In this document: positions 51,182 through 63,482 of the stretch, one piece after another
Position numbering within the stretch: position 1 is the stretch's first letter
Layout: the number at the start of each line of letters is the position of its first letter
Assembly (NCBI GenBank): GCA_040954595.2
Contig: CM082597.2
Span: forward strand, 4,903,244-4,967,243
Source of the DNA: Balanoglossus misakiensis
Taxonomy: Eukaryota; Animalia; Hemichordata
Length of the DNA: 64,000 nt
Direction of reading: 5' to 3'
The notes under the pieces: model-generated
Database searches by the model: none
What the model saw: the letters and a program-made list of their open reading frames with translations, nothing else
Told to the model about the DNA's origin: nothing
Position numbers and translations under genes: made by a program

Positions 51182-51482
51182 ATTCCGTGTAAATATGGTG
51201 ATGTTACGAAGATGTGAATCGTTTGATATGGTACAAAGCTGAGTTTGATCCAAAGCTGCATGAGTTAAGAGTGCTTAAAAGTGAATGCACAGGACTGCGA
51301 AATGGCACAACGAATCTACAGAAGTACAATGTACTTTTATAATGGGATTAAAATCAGGAGCATTTGTCTGGAAAATGTTTACACGAGACCCTTATGATCC
51401 TATCAATCAAGCAGGATATGTGACTGTCACCATCCCAGGGCTCTTCAGCATCACAACAACACATCACCTAGGCACGAGTTAA
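51182..51482 (+). mobile_element. Possible heavily decayed Ty3/Gypsy reverse-transcriptase remnant
   Basis: Across frameshifts: IPCKYGDV, DVNRLI, PKLHEL, LRNG, ES...CTF, MGLKSG, YVTV, HHL, in the order of Gypsy RT motifs (VPKKNG, DLN, PxxDE, DLxxG, ES..TTF, FGLKSA, YxDD, HL). Needs several deletions and lacks the catalytic DD. Confidence 0.3.
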
Positions 51483-52364
51483 TGACGTCACGCTTCAGAT
51501 CACTGCCATTATTGTAGCACATATGAATTTTGATTATTAGACAACAGACATATCAAGGATTTAATGTTAATAATCTCTAGCGCTGTCATGGATATCATGG
51601 TGTGATTAGTGACTGTCAAAGTATCAGGTACAATGAAAACAGTTTCAGCTACACAGAAGAAATGTACTGACCATCGATATTTTAGATCAACATAGCAAAA
51701 AAGATTCTAAATCTATCATTCTAAATTTAAACAGGAAGGTAGGTATCAAATACATTCAACAGCTGGTCTGGTTTTTCGATTTCAAACGACATTTAAACTT
51801 TTATGATTTCACAAAAAAGAGCGCATAATACTTTGTTGTAGCAAACATTGCCTTTCTGCATTTTTTCGCAGTGCACATCACTAGCCTATAACTCGACCTC
51901 AGCCAGTACAAGTGTTTCAGTTAATTATAAAAGACCTGAGCTACTTGTAATTGCATTTCATTAGACCTAAATCTAATCATCTATCACAAGAGTCCGGCAG
52001 AGCGCTCTTGGCCTCCGGCTGCACTGAACCACACGCCCTGGATACTACACGACATCCTTCACTGTGTAATTAGTGGAATATAATTCAAACCTAATGGCGA
52101 TATTTGGATATATATGTTTTCCCTCACTAATGTTGCCTGTCTATCCATGCATGGGCTAAAGTGGACCCAGGGGACAGATTTCTGCAACAGAAAACAAATT
52201 GAACTAATTAATTTGATCCAACTTCATTGTTGTCAATGGCAATCATCGTGGATCCCTATACAGGAAAATAAGACGTGTGTGGGGGGGGGGGGGTTAAGCC
52301 TCGCCAATTCATTTGTATCGTCATGTTGTTTAGTATTCAGTCCAGTAAATGAGTATATCACAGT

Positions 52365-52629
52365 CACTTCACTTTCAACACAGATTATCATAGTGATAAT
52401 CGAGCTTGGTTAAAGTTTATGATTGATAGAGACTATATTGGCTACCTTGGTCCCCCGTGGTTCGCTACTCCCAGAATGCAATGTCTCTTGCCACTTCACT
52501 TTCAACACAGTTTATCATAGACTAATCTTAGTGATAAACGAGCCTGGCTAAATTTTATGATTGACAGAGAGTATACTGGCTACCTTGGTCACCCGTGGTT
52601 CGCTACTCCCAGAATGCAATGTCTCTTGC
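52365..52629. repeat. Tandem duplication, copies of 127 and 138 bp
   Basis: CACTTCACTTTCAACACAG starts at 52365 and 52492; both copies end CCCGTGGTTCGCTACTCCCAGAATGCAATGTCTCTTGC; the second has a short insertion. Confidence 0.95.
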
Positions 52630-53444
52630 TGATTAAAAAAGAAGAGTCGATCGCGACTTTGTGCGAGTTAAAGATAAAACTTCGATTATCGACTCAAAGT
52701 TACTTCGATTCCGACAGTACAGCTGAGATAACAGAGGACGCCTACCAAGCTGTTGCTAAGAGACCGCCTCTGTAGGTCTCTGATCTCTGTTAAAATGGTC
52801 TAGTGACATCATATGTGACGAAGGATGATATTTTTAGATAAATTTGTCTGCCTTAAAAATCTAATCTTGGATTAAGCATGTTAAGATTTTTGAAAAAACA
52901 ACTTAATCATCTAGCAATCGCAATGAACAGTTATATATTATTCATACATATCCAAATTTATAAACATACCCCAGGCAAATCTGTAGTTAAATCTTTCTAA
53001 TCTCAAATAAATCCTTGATGATGTCTCGTGAGATAAGGAACGATACTGTCCAGCTCATATAAGCTTAAAGGGTACGTCGGCACAGGTGTTTGTGTACCGT
53101 TTCGAAGTTATACAATGAGTTATTCCTGGACAAGTGAAACAATTTCCTGCCTATGAAAGAAGTGATCTCGCATATAATCCTCATGTTAAGACCAACGTCA
53201 CGCATAAGGGACCAGTCTTAGTTTCTATTTTGATCATGGCCAGAAAGCATCCGAACTTTTGTCCAAACTATTCAATACTGCATGCAGGGAATCTGGGTTT
53301 TTTTTCAGTCTTGCAAAGTATTTTCGCAACAAGTGACTCAAGGTAAACCGACCATCAATGTTTAATCTTTACTAATGTAGTTAACTCATACATAAGGTAC
53401 TAGCCATAGTATTCTAAGTTATGATCACTTGGTAGAATTGTTAT

Positions 53445-53472
53445 TATGTATGTATGTATGTATGTATGTATG
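53445..53472. repeat. (TATG)n microsatellite
   Basis: Seven TATG units. Confidence 0.95.
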
Positions 53473-53707
53473 CATACTCAACATGTTTTTCATAAATATC
53501 GTGTAAGGGAGATGTGTACATTGCTTAACTCTCACCTAACAACTATCAGACCTGTTTTTCGACAACTGAAATATGGCAAGTGTCCTCACAGATGTATTAA
53601 CACCTGCTTATCACGTCTCTCTCTGGAGTCGTGAAGTTATCCAACTTAACCTACAGATGATAGCACGACAAAGAAACCAGCTTAACTGATACTTGCTGAA
53701 GTAGGCT

Positions 53708-53919
53708 GATAATTAATGATTAACAAAGCCCTGCGCCAAAGCATTCCCGCTGGGGTACATAAAAGCAAACTTCTCTGGTACACAGTTCATCAATAATTCC
53801 GAATGTTCAGATATATTTCCTAGTATAGCATCCTCTAAGGAGATCGAAGCAGTCGGCGCTTACGTGATTCCGACCGTAGTCGACTTTATATATTAAGCTC
53901 GTATTCCCGAGAGGTGAGT
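53708..53919 (+). promoter_or_regulatory. Candidate core promoter and non-coding first exon
   Basis: HNF1-like ATTAATGATTAAC (53712-53724), TATA-like CATAAAAG (53758-53765), Inr-like CAGTT (53783-53787) and a consensus donor GAG|GTGAGT (GT at 53914), in a plausible order and spacing. Confidence 0.4.
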
Positions 53920-54107
53920 TTGCGGTGGCAACTTCTCCCAGTGCCCGCGGCTTGGCTTGTCAAATTACGTGACATTCGTGCGGGTGTGTTTTTCTTGTTA
54001 GCAGGAAAGGTTGAATGCTGGCTGTGGGGCTTTTATTATAAGGCTTGTTTATCAAACCGACGTATTTCAAATGTCAGTGGTGCTGATATGCGTGATCATG
54101 TCGCCAA

Positions 54108-54180
54108 TAAGGGAGCCTTCAGAATTTACAGGGGGGTGGGCCGGGGGAATCAGGGGGGGGGGGGGTCACTTTTTACAAAC
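54108..54180 (+). mobile_element. Probable truncated MITE end with G-runs (G-quadruplex-capable)
   Basis: TAA|GGGAGCCTTCAGAATTTACA followed by G6-T-G3-CC-G5-AATCA-G13. A TAA-GGG start resembles PIF/Harbinger-type ends; no partner TIR nearby. Confidence 0.4.
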
Positions 54181-54194
54181 CAATACCACATCAG

Positions 54195-54282
54195 TGCTAT
54201 CATCACCAAAACCACCAACACCACCACCCACGCCGCCGCCACCACAAAAACCAACAAAACCACCACCCACGTCGCCACCAAA

Positions 54283-54316
<34 letters not shown>

Positions 54317-54317
54317 T
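54195..54317. repeat. Compound (CCA)n/(TCA)n low-complexity tract
   Basis: Degenerate CCA/ACC runs followed by about seven TCA units. Confidence 0.92.
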
Positions 54318-57300
54318 GGAACAAAAGTAACAGCTTCTGGCATGTTAAACACTTTCACCCCAAGTTGCCCGAGTAGAGGTCCAACTTTGCCATATTATAA
54401 AACAATAGATACATAAGATTAGAGACAAATCATATGAACATATGGTGGCGCTCTTTTTTTCTCATGTGCCACCCACTGAAAATCTGTGATTGGCTATATC
54501 TCAACTTGTCAATGGTAACTATAGCTAATTTTCCATAGGTGACTGTAAACCTTTAGCAATAAAATCAACTGAGCTGTGCCTTTTAGTTCTAAGACAGGCA
54601 ATGTCATAAACGCACATTTGTCGTCTGACTAATCATCTTCTTCGCAAATGATGTTGGACACACATCAATGAAAACCTAGTGTTTTGAAATTGAAAGGAAT
54701 AATTTAGACATTTACTAAAATTGGTCGAACTTGTTTGCGTCACGTCTGCTGCCTGGGCGATTAGAGTTCCATTATAAAAAGCGAAGCGAAGATCGTTGCT
54801 TTCAAATTGTCAATTACTCGGAATTGACTGTAGCTTGCATAACAGGCGTTGGCGATAACAAGGAGGGGAGGTCGCGACACCGCTCTAGAAAGCGCTTTCC
54901 CAGAGAGCTGAACACAAGTCATTTGCATTCCGTAGAAGAATCACTTGACTTCGGAAGATCTCTGCCGGGAGAAGGCGCGTGACGGCGTGTAACACTTTCT
55001 GACCTCATTAGCATGGACCAGACAAAGTCGTGGCAAAGGTTCACTATTTGCGAGAAACATTTGCGCCGATAATGGATGCGTGTACGACAGGGCTCGCAGC
55101 TACGGCTGTCAGGGTGTACGCAACCCCAACAAACCTTGTTACGTCTACACTGCGCGTTCTTACTCAGAAATGATCTCGCCGGCAAAAAACACGATTTTAT
55201 CAACAGAGTTAATGACTCTATTCCTATTGGATTGAGGCGGGCGAGTTGTATCGAAAATCGAGGCAATTACGCTGGGTCGTAAATCATGGCGTCCTGTCAT
55301 GTACCGTCCCTGTACACTTTCCTGTTTCATCTTTTAGCTGGTCTACCCAGATATCTGAGTCCACCACATGCAACAGCTATAGGATGTACGCACACTACCA
55401 GTACAAGCGCATGCAAGTCCTGTTTACCCATCAGATTACATTGAGAGCTGGAACATAACATGTTTTTCCTGTCATTCAAACACTGCCCTCTATCCTGCAA
55501 ACTTTGAGTAAAATTTATAATTTACCAGACCTGTCACTCAATGTATACTTTCTTATGCAAACTGTTCTTCGTCAGCTGTATGTGTTAGAATTTCCCGCAG
55601 TGCAATGTCAGATGGTATAGCAGAAAACCAATTCATCTCTCTTTCTCTGAGCTAACGTGTTTGAGCTGTAAATCACTTCTTTCCAGCTTTGCCTAATCGT
55701 TTGGAATTCCTAGAAATCACAGAAGTATCATTTGTGAAGCACAGGCAGGCATAACCCTTGAGAAATCTATTTCTCATGATCTCAGTAAGACAAAACGGCG
55801 CAAAGCTTTCATGGAAAATAAACGCGTCATAAAGACTCGGATTTGCTTTGCGCAGTCTTAACAGCTCTATTGTGGACATATTATAGACATCAAAAACATC
55901 AATTTTCGTGGACAAAGCTGTCCTTGACTTGAGACAGGAAGGTTTAAGGGAGTTAAAGTTAGGATGCAAAAACCTTTATACCGACAAAATGTCAGGGTCA
56001 CACAGCCGGTCATGAAAGTGAATGCACTGTTCGTTGGGTTATGACTGTTGTTTACAGTCGAACTACAAGTCGTTGTCCATGCATACGAATGTCTGCATGT
56101 ACATAATGCAGTTTCGCCCTGGGATCTTAGGCAGTTACGGTACTACTACAGGAATGGAGAATTAGACCTGACCTTTCTGGGGTCATGGCTTTATATGAAG
56201 AGGATAGATACGGCACTTTATCAGACTATGCTTTTTGAAGTGGATGCGTGCGTCCTTTCTATCTCGGTCTATCTCCCAGGCATACTCCAGCAAATCGACC
56301 TATTTCAAGTAAAGAGCCTTATTCTGCATTTGACGTCAAACGCTCCAGTCACACAGAAAGAACAAATTGGGCGCATTATTACATGTACCTCCCCATCTCG
56401 AGAGGCACGATAAAATTCGCTGTGGTCTGCTTCAAGCAAAGTGCACTCACTCTTCTCCCAGTAATTTGTGTTTTCAAGATATTCTACGACAGTCATATAA
56501 ATGTCAAAAAACATCCAAAATTTAAGAAGAATTGACACAAAAATAGTCTCGAAAACAGTCAGTACACTCTCCGATTACATTGACTAGAGCCCTGCAACAT
56601 TATAATTAAGTCCTGGGGTAGTAATGTTTAGAAAGTGGTCATTATTGAATGTTTGTGATACTGTCAATGATTTACTGCTATATCCCCGAGGGACATTATT
56701 TTTCGGAATTTCTGAGGCATGCTGTTGTTGCTTTGATTATCTTAACATAATCACCAGCCGTCTGTCACTGGGAATGACATTTTTTTTTGCTGTTATAAAT
56801 TTAGACAGAATATAAGACAATATTGCAAACAAAATGACATGTGTATGTACCTGTACTTTACAGTACCTGATGTTATTTACAAACTTTGAACATACATTGG
56901 TCCAGATATGTTTATAATTGTTGCAAACACTGCAACCTATGACCAACCACTGTTTCCCTTGTCTCGATGGAATTAATTAAAACTGCCCAATTAATGCTGG
57001 TTAAACTAGGTGGGAATGAACCTAAGAAACTTTTATCTGCGAGACCAAGTGATATTTGTAATTTCTATGATAATGTAACGGTTATAGACGTCAGTGAAAT
57101 ATAATAGTCATAGATGCCACTGAAGCATGTAAGAGTATTTTTACTTCTTCTGTGTGATCCATCTGCAGTGTTAGCAAAGTCTGCTCTTCAGAACGATTGC
57201 ACTTTCCAACAGCCAGCATTGCTGTTTTGATAAGCTCTTCTTTGTACATTGGTAAAATGCCCGACAATTAACAAGTCAAATCAAATTCCTTCCTCAGCGC

Positions 57301-60219
57301 CGTTATGCAAACGTTTCCGCTTTGCGCAGTCAAGCAAAGATTTCCTTCACCCGCCGCGCCTTTTTATTGAAAAGGGATTCTTGGATTTCACTGCAAATCG
57401 TCAATACAAGTAGTTGAATCTATGCATCGGCTACACTAAGTAGAGCAGCCGCCATAATTATTGAGCGGATTTCTATCGAACGAGTTTTCAGGAAACTTCG
57501 TCTCGCCGTTTGAGCAGAATCCCCTGCATTCAACAGTTTGTAAAGATAATGCACTACTTCAAGGGATAAGTGCGTTTCATACAAAGAAATGCTTAAGCCA
57601 TTTTAGTAACTGGCTCTTCAGTAAAAATACTGCTGCAATATTCATCGCACATTGCTACCGGGCTCTTTCGAGAATAATTTCGCACAAATTGTCTGCACAG
57701 CAAATCTTGGCTGGTAATACTTTTCCCCCAGCATATCGAGTGGTAAGCAGTAATCACAAGCAATTTGCTGATACAGTTCGCACAAATTTATGCGGATTCA
57801 AAATACTCCATACGTCAATAGCTGACATGGCGTAAGCTGTCAAGACAGGTTAATATCAAATAATTAGCACAAATCACATTCTACAGTGGATCGAGCATAT
57901 ATCACCATTAATTAAAAAAATAATTAATTTAGCCATCCAGTTTGATACAACGGAATGCTGTAGAACAATACCATGGTTAGAAGACAGGTTTAATGACATA
58001 TTAGCTGAGAATTTCAGTAATGGGAACAAAATTAAGACATCACCGCAAAAAAAAGATCGCCAGCATTGATTTATCAATTAGGAAAACGGCAGTTTAAATA
58101 AAGCTTGAGGATATACGGCAGACTCTGCATTAATAAACCCACTTAGTGTACCCCAGTCACATTGGCAACTCCTTAATGACTTTTTCACTCTCACAAGTGA
58201 AGGATGTTCATTTCGTTACACACAGGTTAGCGTTCATGGTATGCGCCTGCTAAATTAAGTAAGATGCGACTCAGACAATCAATTATCCGGGACTGAAGGA
58301 GGCCACAGAGGCCGAACTTGGTCCCCTGAAACATCAAATTGCCGCAACTGATTAAGTGTGAGATGTTATGTACAGAACTACTAATGCCAATGGCAAGGTA
58401 ACAAAGGGGAGTGTCAATTCGAGATTTTGAATTTGGCGTTTTTGGCCTCGTTGGGTGAATAACGGTCATCATCATAAGTCAACACTGCAACCCCTAAGAG
58501 TTATACTTCTCATTCCTAATGAACAAACTAAGAATTCTGGACTGCCTTACTGGCTTATTTACAGCTCTACTTATTAAGAAGACATGTCTAACTACTCCTG
58601 TGGAAAACGAAACATTGCAGTCTACATATAAATTTCCCCTCAGTATGACAGATATATGGTCCCTTATGCAAATGTATAGCTACAGATACCATGAAAAGTT
58701 TTAGCCCAGACAGCACAGATTTTAGTTGGTGACATAGACACGACCCTTTGACCATATATAGGCACATGTAAATAATGGGTTGTTGTAGCCCTCATTAAGT
58801 CTGCGTTATACAAGTCCTTAAATATGAAGAAACTGTTTGAATGTATTTTCCCCTTCTTAAATAATGAAGCAATCTGGTCGTTCATTGAGGGACTGGATCT
58901 ACTGGAATACATGTATAGCCATTGGAAACAGACTCTTCAGGTCTGCTTATGTATGCATGGTATTCTTTGCTGGCCATTGGAATTCCTGGGACACCGCGTC
59001 TCAGAAGAATCAAGCTGTTCGGTGAATTACGAACAGGCAGATTTATAGCCACGCTAATAGGAAACTAAAGGCCTGGCGCGAACAGTGTCAATAACAAGCA
59101 ATCGTCAGGGTTCTAGACCGATGAATCTCAACGTTATTTGTGGATTGTCTCATCTGCTTTAGAAGTTATGAGAGAAACGCTGAGTAAAAAAAGGCTCTAC
59201 CTATAAGATATGCAAACTACACTGTATTAAGGAAAACAGATAATTGCTGATACAAGCAAATGTGGCCGTTAGGTACCGAGTATCATTCTGATTGGACGAG
59301 AGCTCAATCCATCTATGGTATAACATGTGATATATCACTGGTAAATGGGCCCCTGAACTAGCATATAAGGTCAATGCGGAAACCAGGAGAGGAATGAACA
59401 TTTAAACAACATGGGGGAAGTTTAGCGTTTTGGAAAAAATAAAATGTTGAATATATCAAAGCTTTCTTCTAAAACTTCATGTCATAAGTCTTGTCACTAA
59501 CAGTACACTGCCCTATATACTTGTGCGACCCGCATGACAGTATATTACAAATGATACTGCGGTCTTTATGCACAAGTCTCTAACATGGGTGCTGCATGCA
59601 ATATTACTTTCCACAGCAATGTGTTGCTACTCATCATGACAACAAGACCATAAATTCAGAGGTGATTAGCACAAGGCACGTCAGAAGTTCCCAAAGTGTT
59701 CCATTTCATAAGTTTCAATGAGTGAAATACTCCCTGAAGCCTGAAACCAATATTGTACTTCATTTTACATCAGCGATGATCGACGGTCTAAGTTATTTTT
59801 ATATAACAGCTCAGCAGGTAAAAGGCTTAATCGATTATTTTTTTAATTAAACGTTATCATGTATACAATTTAATAACACGCTGATAAATGGAAAATCTCG
59901 CACGGGTAACCTTCAAAGAGTGTTTTATTACATTTCGCTGAAAGTTCGTAAAATGGCTATAAGTATTCATAAATTTCTAAAGATTAACTCGTGTGTGGAA
60001 GAGAAATATTGATGGTTAGCATATTTAATTAGTTTGCCAGAATCTCACTCATGTTTTTAGGATTCTGAGGTGAACCTTATTTAGGTCGAGAGACACAAGT
60101 GAACGGTTTGACTGATTTAATGACATGTTACCATATATTGCATTTTGTATCTGTCAGCTTTGAGCATACGCAAGTTGGGAGGTATTGCTTCGTTAAAAGC
60201 ATTATTTTATTAACCCTGT

Positions 60220-60263
60220 CTATAACTGCCATATTTAATCACTATAACTGCCATACTTAATCA
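60220..60263. repeat. 22-bp tandem duplication
   Basis: CTATAACTGCCATATTTAATCA followed by CTATAACTGCCATACTTAATCA. Confidence 0.9.
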
Positions 60264-61719
60264 AACGATTTATATCGAATAATGAGAATTCTGCGAATTG
60301 CGCATGCACTGACATATGTGTGAATATGAACATTTTCTCATAATTACTTTAAATTATTAATTTCATAAAATAGTATAGGTTTTCTCAAACGTTATATTTT
60401 AAAATTTTGAGAAGATAAAACTAAACAACCAATAAAGCTATCCAGAGTAGAACAAGAAACCATAGTTGACAAATGGGAGGAAAATACAAAAGTTACAGTT
60501 ACATAGACTTTGAGGTTATTAGTGTATTGGAGACAGATTTTCAGAAGGATGACAGTCATTTACAAGCCTTTAAATTGAACATATTATTTTGACTCTTTTT
60601 TCCAAGTAATACCAATGGTTCAGCTGTTAACTATCCATGCTTATAAACATAGTTTATTGATAAAATGAATGAAAGTCAAATTTAAAACTAAATCTTGATG
60701 GTTGGTAGACAGACGACAGGCAACATACCCAGAAGTTAGAGATAATTGTCAAATCCGGTATAATGCCATCTTATCATGTGACGACAAAACAATTTCATTA
60801 GAGGAAATCAGGAATATGTTGTCTGCAAGAAATGGATATAAATGTCATTTGGTTAGGGGCACTCAGTGTTACTGATTTAGAGAAAATAGCACAATGTCTG
60901 CAAGAGGAAACATATATTGATTAAATCGATGGTAACGAGGTATGTACACTCTGTAAAATATTGAAAAGCTTATCGGATATAATCCAGAAGGAATTGAACG
61001 ACGACAAGACAAACTGGCGCCAAAATCTGACAGATCGAACAGTACACTAGACGTCGTTATTATTTATCGTAGATATGATATTTTAGTAGTATCTAAAATT
61101 TCTGTCGTCAAAGCTTTTTTTTTAAACTTGCAGCATTGTACTGGCAGATTTATGTTGTCTGCTATCTCTTAAAGTCTGAATCGATTTTAATCTTGTGGTT
61201 TAAAAAAAGAATAAATAAAATGCACGGATAGATATGGATTTTACTGCTGTGATCATATAGTTTGGCAGGCCAGATTTTTTTAAACATGCTGTGAAGAGTA
61301 GGTCTTTTAAGGTCACTATCTGTTGAAGGTATATCAAATTTCATTGCTTTGAATTCTATTCATGAAAATGACATTGTTATGCGCAAATGTCACTGCTGAG
61401 AATCCATCGCCCGAACGAGCGATTTATTGCTACTAACAGTAAAAATTTACTGATCCCCTTATCAACTGGGAGAAGTTAAAATTGATATACAGAAATGTCG
61501 ATGGTTATTTATGTAAGTTGGGGATAACGGCATCTGAATGCAGACTAGCTACCTGTAGCTAGACACATACATACGGTACATACATATGAAGTATGCGGTT
61601 CGACTGGTCCGATACAAAGTGCTTAATACTAAAGTACAGTGAAATATAAAGAAAGGGTAGTTGGAGAAACGAAAGACAGGATAATCTCTACAATGTTGTT
61701 TCGTGAGTCTATATACCCG

Positions 61720-61759
61720 TACATAGATACATACATACATAGATACATACATACATACA
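61720..61759. repeat. (CATA)n microsatellite
   Basis: CATA/GATA units. Confidence 0.93.
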
Positions 61760-62350
61760 GTTACAAATACAAACGCCTATTCAGTAGTAAAATGATTGGT
61801 GTTAATTAATATAGTAAGCTGAATGATATGTGGGCTGTAAGTTTGCTGGTGTGAAGTGATGAAATGAGACAAATCCAAGCGTAAACCATCACCACTGTGT
61901 GTGCATTTTTGTGTGGCCGTGCATTCATCTCCTTCTGACAATGTCTGGAAAATGAGAATCAAGCAAACGGATATGTCATTGGCGTGGTTGAAATGGGTAG
62001 TTTGACAAAAATATTAGTACTGTGTCAACATGTTGCCGGCATTAAGGCAAGCCGTGAATCGTGCAGTGAATTACTCTAAGTGACCTTAAGTGACTTGAAC
62101 AGAGTATTGAAGAGAACATCACGATCATACGGTCTGATCTGTCTCCAGTGGACTGTAAAGTAATCGACAGATAATAGAGATGATTGTGTTCACCACTATT
62201 GATGTCCCCAGGGATACCTCATGCCAAGTGTCTTAACTTGAACTCGTCTTTGTACAGGGGCTGATACACTCAGAGAGAGAGAGAGAGGACATGCATTAAA
62301 AATCATGTGATTAAGCTCATTCAGTAATTCTCTCTCTAATTAACAGCATG

Positions 62351-62373
62351 TCTGTCTATCCATCCTATCTATG

Positions 62374-62404
<31 letters not shown>

Positions 62405-62455
62405 GTATCCATCTATCTATCTATCCATCTATCTATCTATCTATCTATATATCTA
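62351..62455. repeat. (TCTA)n microsatellite
   Basis: About 25 TCTA/TCCA/TGTA units. Confidence 0.97.
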
Positions 62456-62915
62456 AGAATCTCCCTATCAGTACAACATGTCTTTGCTTCCACCCAAAAT
62501 AAATTACCACAATTAAACATGTATCTATTTCAACTTCTGTAGCCAATGTTACTCGAGGGTAGATGGTGAACCTTGTATGTTCTAATTTCAATAAACCATC
62601 AACGAAGGGCCGGGGTTGTAGTTACAAAACCACATCATCAATTATTCAAAATCCAATTTTCGAATTCTTCAATATAAGGAAGACTTTATCCTTGGGTTTC
62701 AATTGCTCTGTCAATATGACTGGACATCAGGCTGCCTAATAGGGACAGACTGCCCAACACACTGACTTGTTTGTTCGCAGGTAAATCACTTCTGTAGTGC
62801 ATGCAGTGTGCCTTGCCGGGCTCCCCCAGTGCTCATATACTCTATGTGAAATTATTCCGGCAATATCAATCCGCGGAGAGATTATGCTTTTCAATCGAGG
62901 ACAGGTTATGACTGA

Positions 62916-63039
62916 GTGTGTGTATGTATGTATGTGTGTATGTATGTATGTGTGTATGTGTGTATGTATGTATGTATGTATGTATGTATGTATGTATGTA
63001 TGTATGTATGTATGTATGTATGTATGTATGTGTGTGTGT
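62916..63039. repeat. (TATG)n/(TG)n microsatellite
   Basis: About 30 TATG/TGTG units; source of the MYVC repeats in the ORF track. Confidence 0.98.
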
Positions 63040-63171
63040 TCCTACTCACAAAGAGCTATTGAATTACATTCTCAAAAGTGTCGCTGTGAATCAAACATTT
63101 ATTCACTGTTTATCACAAAGACTTTGGCAAAGGCATACACTGCCAATTGTTTGGTTCACGTGATCAAATTA

Positions 63172-63482
63172 AGCAATAAAACACCCCCAGCCATGGTATA
63201 TCACGAGATTTTGACCAGTTCACGACATATACGCACGAGCGATAGCGAGTGCGTATATGGAGTTGAACTGGTCAAAATCGAGTGGTATACCATGGCTGGG
63301 GTGTTTTATTGCTATTATATTATGCCAGTATATTGAAACTTTGCATAAAACATTTTAAAAAGGCATTTTCTTTAACTATGATATATGACTGTGGTATATG
63401 GCTAATATATCACGGTCACGTGTCGTGTCTCGACCAATCAAATAGCGTGATTTACACCATCAATATACTGGTATAATATAAT
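63172..63482. mobile_element. Composite palindromic element made of two adjacent inverted-repeat modules
   Basis: 63172-63313 is a near-perfect 142-bp hairpin (AGCAATAAAACACCCC...GGGGTGTTTTATTGCT). Directly adjacent, ATTATATTATGCCAGTATATTGA (63314-63336) pairs with TCAATATACTGGTATAATATAAT (63460-63482) with one mismatch. Confidence 0.9.

Noticed and set aside
53914-54376. Overlapping Pro-rich and Thr-rich ORFs (121 and 138 aa)
   Set aside because: They arise from G-runs and (CCA)n/(TCA)n repeats and start at GTG/TTG, which is not meaningful for a eukaryote.
55673-57835. Several 95-124-aa ORFs
   Set aside because: Mostly non-ATG starts, overlapping on both strands, with no recognisable motifs or splice framing.
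60400-60880. Purine-rich, coding-looking fragments with a PHD-like VCKKWI
   Set aside because: Broken by many stops, and no family could be assigned.
62797-63336. Longest ORF (179 aa)
   Set aside because: It is open only because it crosses the (TATG)n microsatellite and a palindromic repeat; no domain is recognisable.
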